From the NCBI GenBank assembly GCA_965221695.1, contig OZ244905.1, positions 2,496,001 to 2,560,000 on the forward strand: DNA of 64,000 nucleotides. The letters run 5' to 3'. The stretch is from Gammaproteobacteria bacterium. GTDB lineage: Bacteria; Pseudomonadota; Gammaproteobacteria; Eutrophobiales; Eutrophobiaceae. The translations under genes and the position numbers were made by a program. Of the stretch, positions 40,549 to 49,853 are shown piece after piece. Every line of letters starts with the position of its first letter. The stretch's first letter is position 1. The notes beneath the pieces were generated by a model, which was not told the DNA's origin, ran no database searches, and saw only the letters and a program-made list of their open reading frames with translations.

Positions 40549-40950
40549 ATGAAAAAGCTTTGTTTTTCTATATTATACCCAGCATTACTCGGCAGTATCG
40601 CGCTGTTGCCGTTCTCTGCCCTCGGCGCTGAAGTAACCGTGTTGTTTAATCAGGATTTACAGGATATGCCGGGCAAGACCGGCCAGCTACTGACCGTGGA
40701 ATTTGCGCCCGGGGAAGTGTCAGCGCCGCATCGCCATAACGCCCACACCTTCGTTTACGTGCTGGAAGGTTCCGTTGTCATGCAGGTGCAAGGCGATGAA
40801 GCAAAGATCCTTACCGCAGGACAGACCTTTTACGAAAACCCGGACGACATCCACACCGTTGCGAACAACGCCAGTAACACGGAACCGGCGAAGATCCTGG
40901 TCTTCTTCATCAAAGACAGCGACGCCCCAGCCAGCATGCCGGTCGAGTAG
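40549..40950 (+). CDS. Secreted cupin-domain protein
   Basis: Signal peptide; 'PHRH.AHTFVYVLEG', 'GQTFYE...IH'. Confidence 0.85.
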   Translation: MKKLCFSILYPALLGSIALLPFSALGAEVTVLFNQDLQDMPGKTGQLLTVEFAPGEVSAPHRHNAHTFVYVLEGSVVMQVQGDEAKILTAGQTFYENPDDIHTVANNASNTEPAKILVFFIKDSDAPASMPVE

Positions 40951-41077
40951 AGCCGGCGGTCATTTATGTGGCCAAATAATTGTGATATTCTAGATGTTAT
41001 AATATATTTAATCTACAAAACATGTAGTTATCTAATTAATATCCGACCATTAAAGTGGCCAATATGCAGGTGAATTA

Positions 41078-42292
41078 TTGATGACGGCAACCAGTCACGA
41101 TTTTACGCCGTTCATACCCGGCAATGAAGCGCTGGACGACTCCGGATTGCCAGACATGGCGATGTCACTGGCGCGCGCCGATGCGAAACTGGCCGGGCAT
41201 CTGGCTGACGTGACGAAAGAAACAATCCGTCAATACATGGCCATCATAAATTCATATTACTCCAACCTGATTGAAGGCAATAATACCCTCCCGCATGAAA
41301 TCCGCGCAGCGCAACAAGGCAAGTATCACGATGATCCCCTGAAACGGGACTTGCAGAAGGAATCCGTTGCGCATATCCATGTCCAGAACTGGATCAGGGC
41401 CCAGGACCCAGACCAGGATACGATCTATTCATGTGATTTTTTGAAAGCTGTCCACAGGGAGTTTTATGCGCAGCTCCCCGAGCGTATGCGTGAAATCAAA
41501 GACGAGACGGGAAACCTAACAGGCAGGGTCGTGCCGGGCGAATGGCGCTCTGCCCCCGTCATAGTAGGCAGGCATGTGCCGCCGGCAGCGGGCAACCTGG
41601 ATTCACTGATGGAACAATTCTGCGAGCTATACCATCCCGCGCAATACAGCGGAGACAGGAAATATATCGCGCTTATATCGGCACACCACAGACTTGTCTG
41701 GATACATCCGTTCCTGGACGGTAACGGAAGAGTTGCCAGGCTGTTCACTGACGCTGCATTGTCCAGTCTGGGCGCAAACAGTGTGGGGGTGTGGTGTATC
41801 AGCCGCGGTCTGGCCAGAACATCGAGGGAGTACAAAGCACTACTAGCGAACGCCGACACTCCCCGACAGGGTGCCTACGATGGCCGCGGCCTGTTAAGCC
41901 AAAAGGGACTGACCAGGTTTTGTCATTACATGTTTAAAACGGCAATCGACCAGGTCGAATATATCACCGGCCTCCTTGAACTGGGGCAAATGCAAAAAAG
42001 AATCTCTGCCTACATACAGGCGCGTAACGATGATCGCGTCCCGACAATCAGCGCCGGAATCAAGGAGGTGGCCGCGCTGGTTCTGTACCACTCGTACGTA
42101 AACGGTGAGTTGGAACGGCCTAGGGCTTATGAACTTTGCGGCATGCCGGAGCGTAGCGCACGCAGGTTGCTTGCACAGTTGAAGGATGAAGGCCTGTTAA
42201 GCGAAACATCGCCGCGAGCCCCGCTCAGGTGGGCAATACCCGAACATGCCGAACCCTGGTACTTCCCTCAATTAGTGCCGGGGCAGATTTAA
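41078..42292 (+). CDS. Fic family protein with C-terminal HTH
   Basis: 'NSYYSNLIEG', 'HPFLDGNGRVAR', 'GMPERSARRLL'. Confidence 0.9.
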   Translation: MMTATSHDFTPFIPGNEALDDSGLPDMAMSLARADAKLAGHLADVTKETIRQYMAIINSYYSNLIEGNNTLPHEIRAAQQGKYHDDPLKRDLQKESVAHIHVQNWIRAQDPDQDTIYSCDFLKAVHREFYAQLPERMREIKDETGNLTGRVVPGEWRSAPVIVGRHVPPAAGNLDSLMEQFCELYHPAQYSGDRKYIALISAHHRLVWIHPFLDGNGRVARLFTDAALSSLGANSVGVWCISRGLARTSREYKALLANADTPRQGAYDGRGLLSQKGLTRFCHYMFKTAIDQVEYITGLLELGQMQKRISAYIQARNDDRVPTISAGIKEVAALVLYHSYVNGELERPRAYELCGMPERSARRLLAQLKDEGLLSETSPRAPLRWAIPEHAEPWYFPQLVPGQI

Positions 42293-42374
42293 CCTCCCCG
42301 CCTGCTGCATAGCAAGAGTATTTTTTCGAATATGTAATGAGCCTGAAAGGTGAAAAGTGTTATGAATTAAATTA

Positions 42375-42419
42375 TTGAACTTCCGTTCAAAATGCGCTAT
42401 TGTTTGAACGGATGTTCAG
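42375..42419 (+). promoter_or_regulatory. sigma70-like promoter overlapped by two palindromic operators
   Basis: TTGAAC-17-TATTGT; TTGAACTTCCGTTCAA (42375-90) and TTGAACGGATGTTCAG (42404-19). Confidence 0.6.
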
Positions 42420-42518
42420 TAATTTATTTTCTACCTTTGAAACCTGGTAATTCAATCATTCGACAATATCTAAAGATTCACTAGCTGGTGAGATTAATGG
42501 CTAGAGTGGGGTAGCTAT

Positions 42519-44825
42519 ATGAAATCATTAATAATTTCAATGCTAAAGAAATTATCTTTAGGATTATGTTTTTCTTATCTTGCGATGACCATCGCAGTTG
42601 CACAAACGGCGCTTGAGGAAGTTGTGGTAACAGCACAGAAACGTACTGAATCACTGCAAGACGTTCCCATCTCAGTAACGGCTTTTTCCTCAGAAGCCAT
42701 TCAGAATATGGAATTCTTGCGCACCGATGACATTGCAAACATGACTCCCAATCTGGAATGGACAGCCCCATACGGTAGTTCCGGGGGAAATGTTTTTCTT
42801 CGCGGCGTTGGCAATGACGTATTTTTCGCCAATGCAACCAGTGGCATCGGCATCTTTACAGATGAAGTCTACCTGAACTCTAAGTCAGTTAATTTATTTG
42901 CGCTGTTCGATATAGAACGTGTAGAAGTGGTGCGTGGTCCTCAAAATACCTTGTACGGGCGCAACTCAACCGGTGGCGCGGTAAATTTTATTTCACGCAA
43001 GCCACGTGTGGAGGATGGTAGTAATGCCAGGCTGGAAATGACCTATGGAAGATTTAACCAATTCGATGTGGATATCGCTGCAGGGACGGCCTTAAGCGAT
43101 CATGTTGCCGTCCGAGCCGCATTTAATGTGCAATCAAGAGATGGTCTGTTTGATAATCAGACTCTGGGTATAGAGGAATCTGATATTGAAAAATACTCCG
43201 GTCGTGCTCAATTGGCGTGGGATGTCACCGATAATATTGATGTGCTGTTAAATATCCACGGTGGTCTGAACCGCGGTGAAAACAGGCGCCCGAAATCTAT
43301 TGGTATATCCGATCCGAATAACCCCGGCGGCCCTTTTGCAGCGAACCCTTGTCCGGTGACGCCGAAACTTGATGGCGGTGTTTGCTCTGACGCATTTGGC
43401 GCTGTCGAAGCCGGTGGTTTTACCGATGTCTTTGCCAACGAACCAAATCCTCTGGAAGATATTGATGCCTATGGCGGTTTTGCCAATATAAGCTGGGAAT
43501 TTGCCGGTTTTACAGTGACATCCATCACGGCATACGAGGGTAATGAAAAAGCCGCTATGGAGGACAGTGATGGCGCTACGAATTTCTTTGGTTTTCATAC
43601 TGTCTCGGAAGCCGATCAGATTACCCAGGAAATTCGCATAACATCTACCGGCGATGGCCCATTGCAATGGATTTCAGGTTTTTATTACCTTCATGAAGAT
43701 CTCGAATCATTTCAAACGTCTCTCAACAGACTACCAGGACGCGGGACCGGAACATTGCTCAACCAGGATACGGATAGCTGGGCTGTATTCGGCCAAGCCA
43801 GTTATGCTATGACCGAAAGCTGGAAGTTCACTGGCGGCCTCCGTTACACGGAAGAAACGAAAGAGGGTACGTTACTGGGACGAAACGTTGCGGTTTCCGA
43901 TGCCAATTTGCCGCCGGGCACGTTGATTTCACCGAATAATTGGTTCTCCCTGCCGCAATTGCCAAATGGACCGGGATTTCTGCTCGGAACACGTTCTGAA
44001 ACCTTTGATGAGACATGGGAAGAAATCGGTTGGAAAGTGGGCCTGGATTTTCAGGTTACCAACGATGCCTTGTTGTATGCCAGTGTTTCCCGTGGTTTTA
44101 ATACGGGTGTGATCGAGACCGCGCCGCGTACTCTGTTATCAATGGCGCCGTTATTTGGCGGACCGCAAATTCCATTTATTGTTGAACCGGAATTTTTGCT
44201 GGCGTATGAAATTGGGGTAAAGACTACGTGGCTGAATGGCGCCCTGCAACTTAATGCGGCAATTTTCAGAAACGAATTTGATGACCAGCAGGTAAACCAG
44301 GTGGTAAATGGGGAAGTGGTGCTCAGAAATGCTGCCGAATCAACCATCGACGGCGCGGAGATTGAACTTCAATGGATACCGGCGGATGGCTGGTTTGTTA
44401 ACCTGGGATTGGGCATTCTTGATTCGGAATTCGACCAGTTTGATTTTGGTGGAGGCACTGATTTTTCAGGCAATAAACTTCCTAATATCCCCGACGTCAG
44501 CTTTAATGGTTTGGTGCGCAAAGAATGGAACCTGGGAAATGGCGTTGCCAGTTTGCAAACCAATTTCAATTATCTTGACAGCATATATTCCAATGATCCC
44601 GGTAACAATCCGCTGCTGAGAGAACCCGGCAACTGGACTGTAAATGCTCGAGGCGCCTATGAATTCGGACCCGATGGGCGCTATGAAATCGCCGCTTGGG
44701 GCAAAAATATTCTGGATGATGAGCAGTGTGCATATCGCTTCGATTTCAGTTTCTTAGGGTTTGTTGAATGCTTTACCCGTGATCCGGCTACATATGGTGT
44801 AACAGCCTCTGTTCGTTTTGATTGA
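42519..44825 (+). CDS. TonB-dependent receptor
   Basis: 'LEEVVVTAQKR.ESLQDVP', 'DIERVEVVRGPQNTLYGRNSTGGA', C-terminal 'RFD'. Confidence 0.92.
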   Translation: MKSLIISMLKKLSLGLCFSYLAMTIAVAQTALEEVVVTAQKRTESLQDVPISVTAFSSEAIQNMEFLRTDDIANMTPNLEWTAPYGSSGGNVFLRGVGNDVFFANATSGIGIFTDEVYLNSKSVNLFALFDIERVEVVRGPQNTLYGRNSTGGAVNFISRKPRVEDGSNARLEMTYGRFNQFDVDIAAGTALSDHVAVRAAFNVQSRDGLFDNQTLGIEESDIEKYSGRAQLAWDVTDNIDVLLNIHGGLNRGENRRPKSIGISDPNNPGGPFAANPCPVTPKLDGGVCSDAFGAVEAGGFTDVFANEPNPLEDIDAYGGFANISWEFAGFTVTSITAYEGNEKAAMEDSDGATNFFGFHTVSEADQITQEIRITSTGDGPLQWISGFYYLHEDLESFQTSLNRLPGRGTGTLLNQDTDSWAVFGQASYAMTESWKFTGGLRYTEETKEGTLLGRNVAVSDANLPPGTLISPNNWFSLPQLPNGPGFLLGTRSETFDETWEEIGWKVGLDFQVTNDALLYASVSRGFNTGVIETAPRTLLSMAPLFGGPQIPFIVEPEFLLAYEIGVKTTWLNGALQLNAAIFRNEFDDQQVNQVVNGEVVLRNAAESTIDGAEIELQWIPADGWFVNLGLGILDSEFDQFDFGGGTDFSGNKLPNIPDVSFNGLVRKEWNLGNGVASLQTNFNYLDSIYSNDPGNNPLLREPGNWTVNARGAYEFGPDGRYEIAAWGKNILDDEQCAYRFDFSFLGFVECFTRDPATYGVTASVRFD

Positions 44826-44852
44826 TTCTGTACAATTAACAGGAGTGACCTG

Positions 44853-46439
44853 ATGGAAACAGATGTTCTTATCATCGGCGCAGGCCACAATGGTTTGACC
44901 TGTGCCGGATATTTGGCGCGAGCCGGTCTGTCGGTACAAGTTCTGGAAAGACGCAATATTGTTGGGGGCGCCTCAGTCACAGAGGAGTTTCACCCGGGCT
45001 TTCGAAATTCCACTTGCGCCTATGGTGTGAGCATGCTGAATCCCAAAGTGATTGATGACCTTGAGTTGAAGCGATACGGTCTTGACATCATCCAAAGATC
45101 CTCCGGGGCTCTGGTTCTGGGGCAAGACAATGACTATCTTTACGGTGGTTCGGATTTCAGTGAATTTCTCAACGACATACGGCGGCACTCTGAGCAAGAT
45201 GCAGATCGTTATAAGGAGTTTTATCTGTTAATTCAGGAAATCGCTGACGTATTGCGGGATATGGTACTTAAAACGCCACCTAATATAGGAGGGGGGCTTG
45301 GTGATTTATGGCGCGCAGGACTGCTCGCCAATCAGTTGCGTAAACTAAGCCCGAAACTCCAGCATGAAGTAATCAAAATGTTCACCATGAGCGTTGCCGA
45401 TTACCTTGCGGAATGGTTTGAAGGTGACCTTTTAATGGCATTGGAAAGCTACATGGCCCAGGTAGGTAACTTTCAATCTGTTTATTCAGGTGGTACGGCT
45501 TACGTGCTGTTGCATCACGCTTTCGGTGAAGTCAATGGTAAGAAAGGGGAATGGGGGCTTGTACGTGGTGGCATGGGTAGTATCACGCAGGCGATGGCAA
45601 AATCGGCAATAGAGCATGGCGCGCAGATTGAAGTGGGCAAAGCCGTTAAGCAGGTGCTGGTCGAGAATGGAAAGGCGACCGGTGTAGTGACTGAAGAGGG
45701 TAAAACCTATCGTGCGCGGGCTGTCTCTGCCAATGTCAATCCCAAACTTCTGTTCCAGAAACTGGTTCCAACAGAACACCAGAGCGCTGATTTCATTCGC
45801 CGGATTAACAATTACCGCTGCGGGTCCGGCGCATTCCGAATGAATGTCGCAATGAGTGAATTACCGCGTTTTTCCTGTATCGCAGACCAGGATAATTATG
45901 ATCAGTTTTTAGGCGGCAGTATTTTTATCACCAGTTCGCTCCGTTACAACAACCTTGCCTGGCAGGATGCAATGAATGATGGCTGGTCAAGCAAGCCTAT
46001 TATTCAGATGGTGATCCCATCCATATACGATGACTCGCTGGCGCCGCCCGGAAAACATGTTGCGAGCCTGTTCTGCCAGCACTTTAACCCTAACCTGCCC
46101 AACGGTCGAAACTGGGACGAAGTCAAGAATGAAGTGACGGAACTGATACTCGATACCGTCAATGAGTATGCGCCAAATTTTCGCGCTTCACTGCTTGGCA
46201 GTATGTCATTGTCACCTCTCGATCTGGAACGCGAATATGGACTCATCGGCGGCGATATTTTCCATGGCGCAATCCAAACAGACCAATTGTTCTCATTACG
46301 CCCCGTTGCTGGTTACGCAAGTTATCGGATGCCGGTAAAAGGCCTGTATTTGTGTGGATCGGGCGCCCATCCGGGTGGTGGTGTGACAGGTTGCCCCGGT
46401 CACAATGCCGCTCGGGAAATACTCAAGGACATTAGCTGA
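44853..46439 (+). CDS. Phytoene-desaturase-like FAD oxidoreductase (PYROXD2 type)
   Basis: 'IIGAGHNGL', 'EEFHPGFRNS', 'GGDIFHG', 'LYLCGSGAHPGGGVTG.PGHNAA'. Confidence 0.88.
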   Translation: METDVLIIGAGHNGLTCAGYLARAGLSVQVLERRNIVGGASVTEEFHPGFRNSTCAYGVSMLNPKVIDDLELKRYGLDIIQRSSGALVLGQDNDYLYGGSDFSEFLNDIRRHSEQDADRYKEFYLLIQEIADVLRDMVLKTPPNIGGGLGDLWRAGLLANQLRKLSPKLQHEVIKMFTMSVADYLAEWFEGDLLMALESYMAQVGNFQSVYSGGTAYVLLHHAFGEVNGKKGEWGLVRGGMGSITQAMAKSAIEHGAQIEVGKAVKQVLVENGKATGVVTEEGKTYRARAVSANVNPKLLFQKLVPTEHQSADFIRRINNYRCGSGAFRMNVAMSELPRFSCIADQDNYDQFLGGSIFITSSLRYNNLAWQDAMNDGWSSKPIIQMVIPSIYDDSLAPPGKHVASLFCQHFNPNLPNGRNWDEVKNEVTELILDTVNEYAPNFRASLLGSMSLSPLDLEREYGLIGGDIFHGAIQTDQLFSLRPVAGYASYRMPVKGLYLCGSGAHPGGGVTGCPGHNAAREILKDIS

Positions 46440-46461
46440 GTCCAATTGCATGTTATACTAG

Positions 46462-46490
46462 TACTCTTTCAAAATTAAGTTGAAAGAGTA
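46462..46490. mobile_element. Family C 29-bp mini-element with CTAG duplication
   Basis: CTAG-[TACTCTTTCAA-AATTAAG-TTGAAAGAGTA]-CTAG; arms identical to the ends of 61964-62224. Confidence 0.85.
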
Positions 46491-46494
46491 CTAG

Positions 46495-46605
46495 GAAGAT
46501 GCCGCTTATGTGACAGCGCAGACTATTGCCGTGGACGGTGGTTCCTACGTCCCGGAAAGCCCTGTTCAGGCGCGCGAGTTTTGCGAAAAAAGCCAGACCC
46601 TGTAA
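46495..46605 (+). pseudogene. C-terminal relic of a short-chain dehydrogenase (SDR)
   Basis: Translates EDAAYVTAQTIAVDGGSYVPE...*, the SDR terminal motif; no start codon; begins right after the element. Confidence 0.65.
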
Positions 46606-46613
46606 GGCGCTAC

Positions 46614-46717
46614 GCAGCAATGGGTCCGTGTTAATAATGCGCCCACCCATGCCTTTTGCGACGGAAAATGCAGGCCTGTTACTTGCAACACTGGATAAGG
46701 CTTTTCAGTCATTATGA
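46614..46717 (+). pseudogene. C-terminal relic of a class III aminotransferase
   Basis: 'NGSVLIMRPPMPFATENAGLLLATLDKAF*' resembles the 'NVLKIRPPM.F' tail; ATGA overlap with the next gene is retained. Confidence 0.6.
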
Positions 46718-47733
46718 ACAAATTCTATACCCTTACACCCGATGAACAGGGAGAAGAATTGAAGACTATGGCTGTCGAAGCCCTGAAGGCCTGGGGTATA
46801 ACAGCCAGGGAGATTGACCTGATCAAAATCAGGGAAAATGCCGTGTATAAAATTACTACGGTGGATGGGACGCCTTATGCCCTGCGTATACACCGGCCCG
46901 GTTACCATACCGATGAAGAAATAGAGGCTGAGATCTACTGGATGCAGGCCCTGGCGGATTATGGAGTAGAAGTCCCTACTCTCGTCCCCACGACAGATAA
47001 TAGATATATTACGACAATCACCGTAAATAATATTCCCGAGGCAAGACAGGTGGACCTGCTTGAATGGATCGATTCGGAGCCACTGGGAAATTTTGAAGAA
47101 GGCCTGGGGAGTGATACGGACGGTATCCGCCATTCTTTTCAAACAATTGGAAAGATCATGGCCAGGATGCACAACCAGTCGAGTGAGTGGTCGATCCAGA
47201 AGACGCTGGTGCGTCATGCCTGGGACTGTGATGGCCTGGTAGGCGAGGAACCCTTTTGGGGGAAATTCTGGAAACTGGGAGCGCTTTCCAGTGACCAGCG
47301 TGAGTTGATCCAGTTAATGCGAAACCGTATCAGGGACCAGCTATCGCAGTATGACAAGGGACCCGAACATTATGGTTTTATCCATGCAGACCTGGTGGTG
47401 GAGAATGTACTGGTCAGTGATGGGCATGTGCGGGTCATTGATTTTGATGATGCCGGGTTTGGCTGGTATCTATTTGATATCGCCACGGTGTTGTACTTCT
47501 TCCTGGACGATCCTGGTTATCAAGTGGCTTATGATGCCTTGATCAGCGGATACCGCTCGGAGAGGGAGTTGACCGATGAAACCCTTGAAGATCTACCGTT
47601 GTTCCTGGCTGCACGATCAACCACCTACCTGGGCTGGGTCCACACCCGTGGTGAAACCGAAACAGCACAGGAGTTGACTCCAATGATAGTCGAAAAGGCT
47701 TGCAAATTTGCCAGGACTTATTTACAGGGTTGA
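46714..47733 (+). CDS. APH/choline-kinase-like phosphotransferase (homoserine kinase type II family)
   Basis: 'ENAVYKI', 'YALRIHRPGYH', 'IHADL..ENVL', 'VIDFDDAGFGW'. Confidence 0.88.
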   Translation: MNKFYTLTPDEQGEELKTMAVEALKAWGITAREIDLIKIRENAVYKITTVDGTPYALRIHRPGYHTDEEIEAEIYWMQALADYGVEVPTLVPTTDNRYITTITVNNIPEARQVDLLEWIDSEPLGNFEEGLGSDTDGIRHSFQTIGKIMARMHNQSSEWSIQKTLVRHAWDCDGLVGEEPFWGKFWKLGALSSDQRELIQLMRNRIRDQLSQYDKGPEHYGFIHADLVVENVLVSDGHVRVIDFDDAGFGWYLFDIATVLYFFLDDPGYQVAYDALISGYRSERELTDETLEDLPLFLAARSTTYLGWVHTRGETETAQELTPMIVEKACKFARTYLQG

Positions 47734-47802
47734 CTGGTCTCACTCTGATCTAGCCCGGACAATGTCTCTATTGTCGTAGGACAACAAGCGACTTGGTGAG
47801 AA

Positions 47803-48858
47803 ATGCGGGTTAAAGGTCGGGGCGCGCCCTCAAAAGTGGATGCCAGGTTCCTGGAACATCGGCGCGCTGAATTTGATGACGGCTGGGCGCTGGAACACGA
47901 TGAACGGCCTATCCCCACGGAAATCTACCGGGAAACCCCGCGTACGGTCATTTCCCGTAACCAGTCGCCGGATATCCCGTTTGAAACGTCGATCAATCCC
48001 TATCGGGGTTGCGAACATGGCTGTGTTTACTGCTACGCTCGCCCCAGCCATGCCTATGTGGATTTATCGCCTGGCATTGATTTTGAAACAAAGATATTTG
48101 CTAAGACCAATGCCGCGGAGGTTTTACTGAAAGAACTGCGGAAACCACGCTATGCCTGTTCGCCTATCGCGATGGGGACAAACACAGACCCTTATCAACC
48201 TGCAGAACGGCAGCTTCGTATCACCAGGGATATTATCCAAATTCTACATGATTGCCGGCATCCGCTGTCCATTGTTACCAAATCCTGGTTGATCGAAAGA
48301 GACCTGGATCTGCTCGAACCCATGGCCGCGGACGGCCTGGTTAAAGTATTCCTGTCCGTGACCTCCCTCAAGCATGAATTGGCCCGGCGCCTGGAGCCGC
48401 GCGCCACAGCGCCAACGCGCCGTTTGAAAACCGTACAGACCCTGAACCGCGCCGGCGTGCCAACGGGTGTCATGTTTGCGCCGGTCATCCCCTTTATCAA
48501 TGACTCGGAAATGGAAAGCGTGCTGGAGCAAGCTGCGGCAGCCGGCGCCAAGGGGGCCGGTTACGTGATGTTGCGCCTGCCGCACGAAGTCAAACAGTTG
48601 TTCCGCGAGTGGCTTCAGACCCACGAGCCGGGAAAGACGGAACATGTATTCAGCATCCTGCGCGATTTGAGGTCGGGGCGTGAGAACGATCCCGAATACT
48701 TCACCCGCCAGCGCGGCACGGGTGTTTATGCGAACCTAATCCAAAACCGTTTCCAAAACGCCTGCAAGAAGTTCGGCTTGAATACCAAAAGTTTCGAACT
48801 GAATACCGGGTTGTTTGAACCACCTGTCAACGCAGACCGCCAACAGAGCTTATTCTAA
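47803..48858 (+). CDS. Radical SAM protein, PA0069/spore-photoproduct-lyase-like family
   Basis: 'NPYRGCEHGCVYCYARPSH', 'GTNTDPYQP', 'RLPHEV'. Confidence 0.9.
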   Translation: MRVKGRGAPSKVDARFLEHRRAEFDDGWALEHDERPIPTEIYRETPRTVISRNQSPDIPFETSINPYRGCEHGCVYCYARPSHAYVDLSPGIDFETKIFAKTNAAEVLLKELRKPRYACSPIAMGTNTDPYQPAERQLRITRDIIQILHDCRHPLSIVTKSWLIERDLDLLEPMAADGLVKVFLSVTSLKHELARRLEPRATAPTRRLKTVQTLNRAGVPTGVMFAPVIPFINDSEMESVLEQAAAAGAKGAGYVMLRLPHEVKQLFREWLQTHEPGKTEHVFSILRDLRSGRENDPEYFTRQRGTGVYANLIQNRFQNACKKFGLNTKSFELNTGLFEPPVNADRQQSLF

Positions 48859-48996
48859 CCGGATGTTCGCGCTGACCTAAGCCTGGCCATGATTAACGGC
48901 AAACGCCGCTAACGCGCAGCGTTGGCTGCCGAATTTAACCCAGGCGTTGGCAAGGGGTTGAAATGCCCCGACAGCAAGACCCTCTTGAGCATCCGG
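48859..48996. mobile_element. Family D MITE-like element (138 bp) with CTAA duplication
   Basis: CTAA-[CCGGATGTTC ... GAGCATCCGG]-CTAA; 10-bp TIR with one mismatch; left CTAA contains the stop of the radical SAM gene. Confidence 0.6.
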
Positions 48997-49036
48997 CTAA
49001 GAAACCTGAATTAGTCATAATTTCCTTAAGTTGGTG

Positions 49037-49789
49037 TCAGTCTTTCTGTTTGAGTTTCTGGCCCTGGTCGACGACGGCTAGTCCCTCCAGGGCCAGGCCG
49101 TAGCCCAGCAGTTCATGCGCTGTGGTTTTGATCTGGTGTGCCAGCAGGTTGCGGGTATAGCGCAGCATCAAGGGGTTTTTGCTCAGCAGCATATCTGCTA
49201 ATTCATGGGCTCTGGGCAACAGTTTGTCACTAGGAAGGATTTCATTTACCAGGCCAAGGTCTTTGCATTCTCGCGCGTTTAGAGTCTGTCCGGTCATCAG
49301 GAAATAACGGGCGCGATTCATGCCCAGCAATGCTGGAAATACGATATGCATCCCATCTCCCGGCACCGCATTGACCAGGAAATGCCCCGCGTCCTGCACT
49401 GAGCTATCCTCAACAGCCAGCACAATGTCGGCAAATAAGGGGATTTCCGGATGTCTCAGCGCCGGCCCATTGATACAGGCTATCACCGGCGCCTGGATGT
49501 TGAGCAGGTTCATCACCAATTGTTCGCCATGCCAGCGGATTCCTTCCCATTGTTCGGGGTTGAGCACGGGAAATTTGAAATCCTCAGCGGGAGGGCCGGA
49601 AAAAGTATCGCCGACGCCCGTCATGATTACTACTCGGACATCTGGATTGCGGGATATATCGCCAAACAACGCAGCTAGTTCATCATGGACCGCGCCACTC
49701 CATATCAATGAGCCGCCTTCGGAGTGAAAAGTCATTTCCAGCAGGCCATTATTGAAGTTCAGTTTTGCATGTTCGTAGTCGGATTTCAT
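49037..49789 (-). CDS. Crotonase-fold beta-diketone hydrolase (6-oxocamphor hydrolase-like)
   Basis: 'HSEGGSLIW..AVHDELA', 'NGPALRHPEIP', 'QDAGHF', 'VPGDG', 'GMNRARYFLMTGQ' follow the 6-oxocamphor hydrolase pattern. Confidence 0.78.
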   Translation of the reverse strand: MKSDYEHAKLNFNNGLLEMTFHSEGGSLIWSGAVHDELAALFGDISRNPDVRVVIMTGVGDTFSGPPAEDFKFPVLNPEQWEGIRWHGEQLVMNLLNIQAPVIACINGPALRHPEIPLFADIVLAVEDSSVQDAGHFLVNAVPGDGMHIVFPALLGMNRARYFLMTGQTLNARECKDLGLVNEILPSDKLLPRAHELADMLLSKNPLMLRYTRNLLAHQIKTTAHELLGYGLALEGLAVVDQGQKLKQKD

Positions 49790-49853
49790 TTTCTTTTCCC
49801 CCATTTCTCCAGTTGTTATGTTACCCTGAGAGTGAGCAGAATGGAGACAAATC

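Noticed and set aside
48895-48955. attC-like GCTAAC...GTTGGC segment
   Set aside because: No clear L/R box pairing, no cassette array or integrase; lies within the family D element
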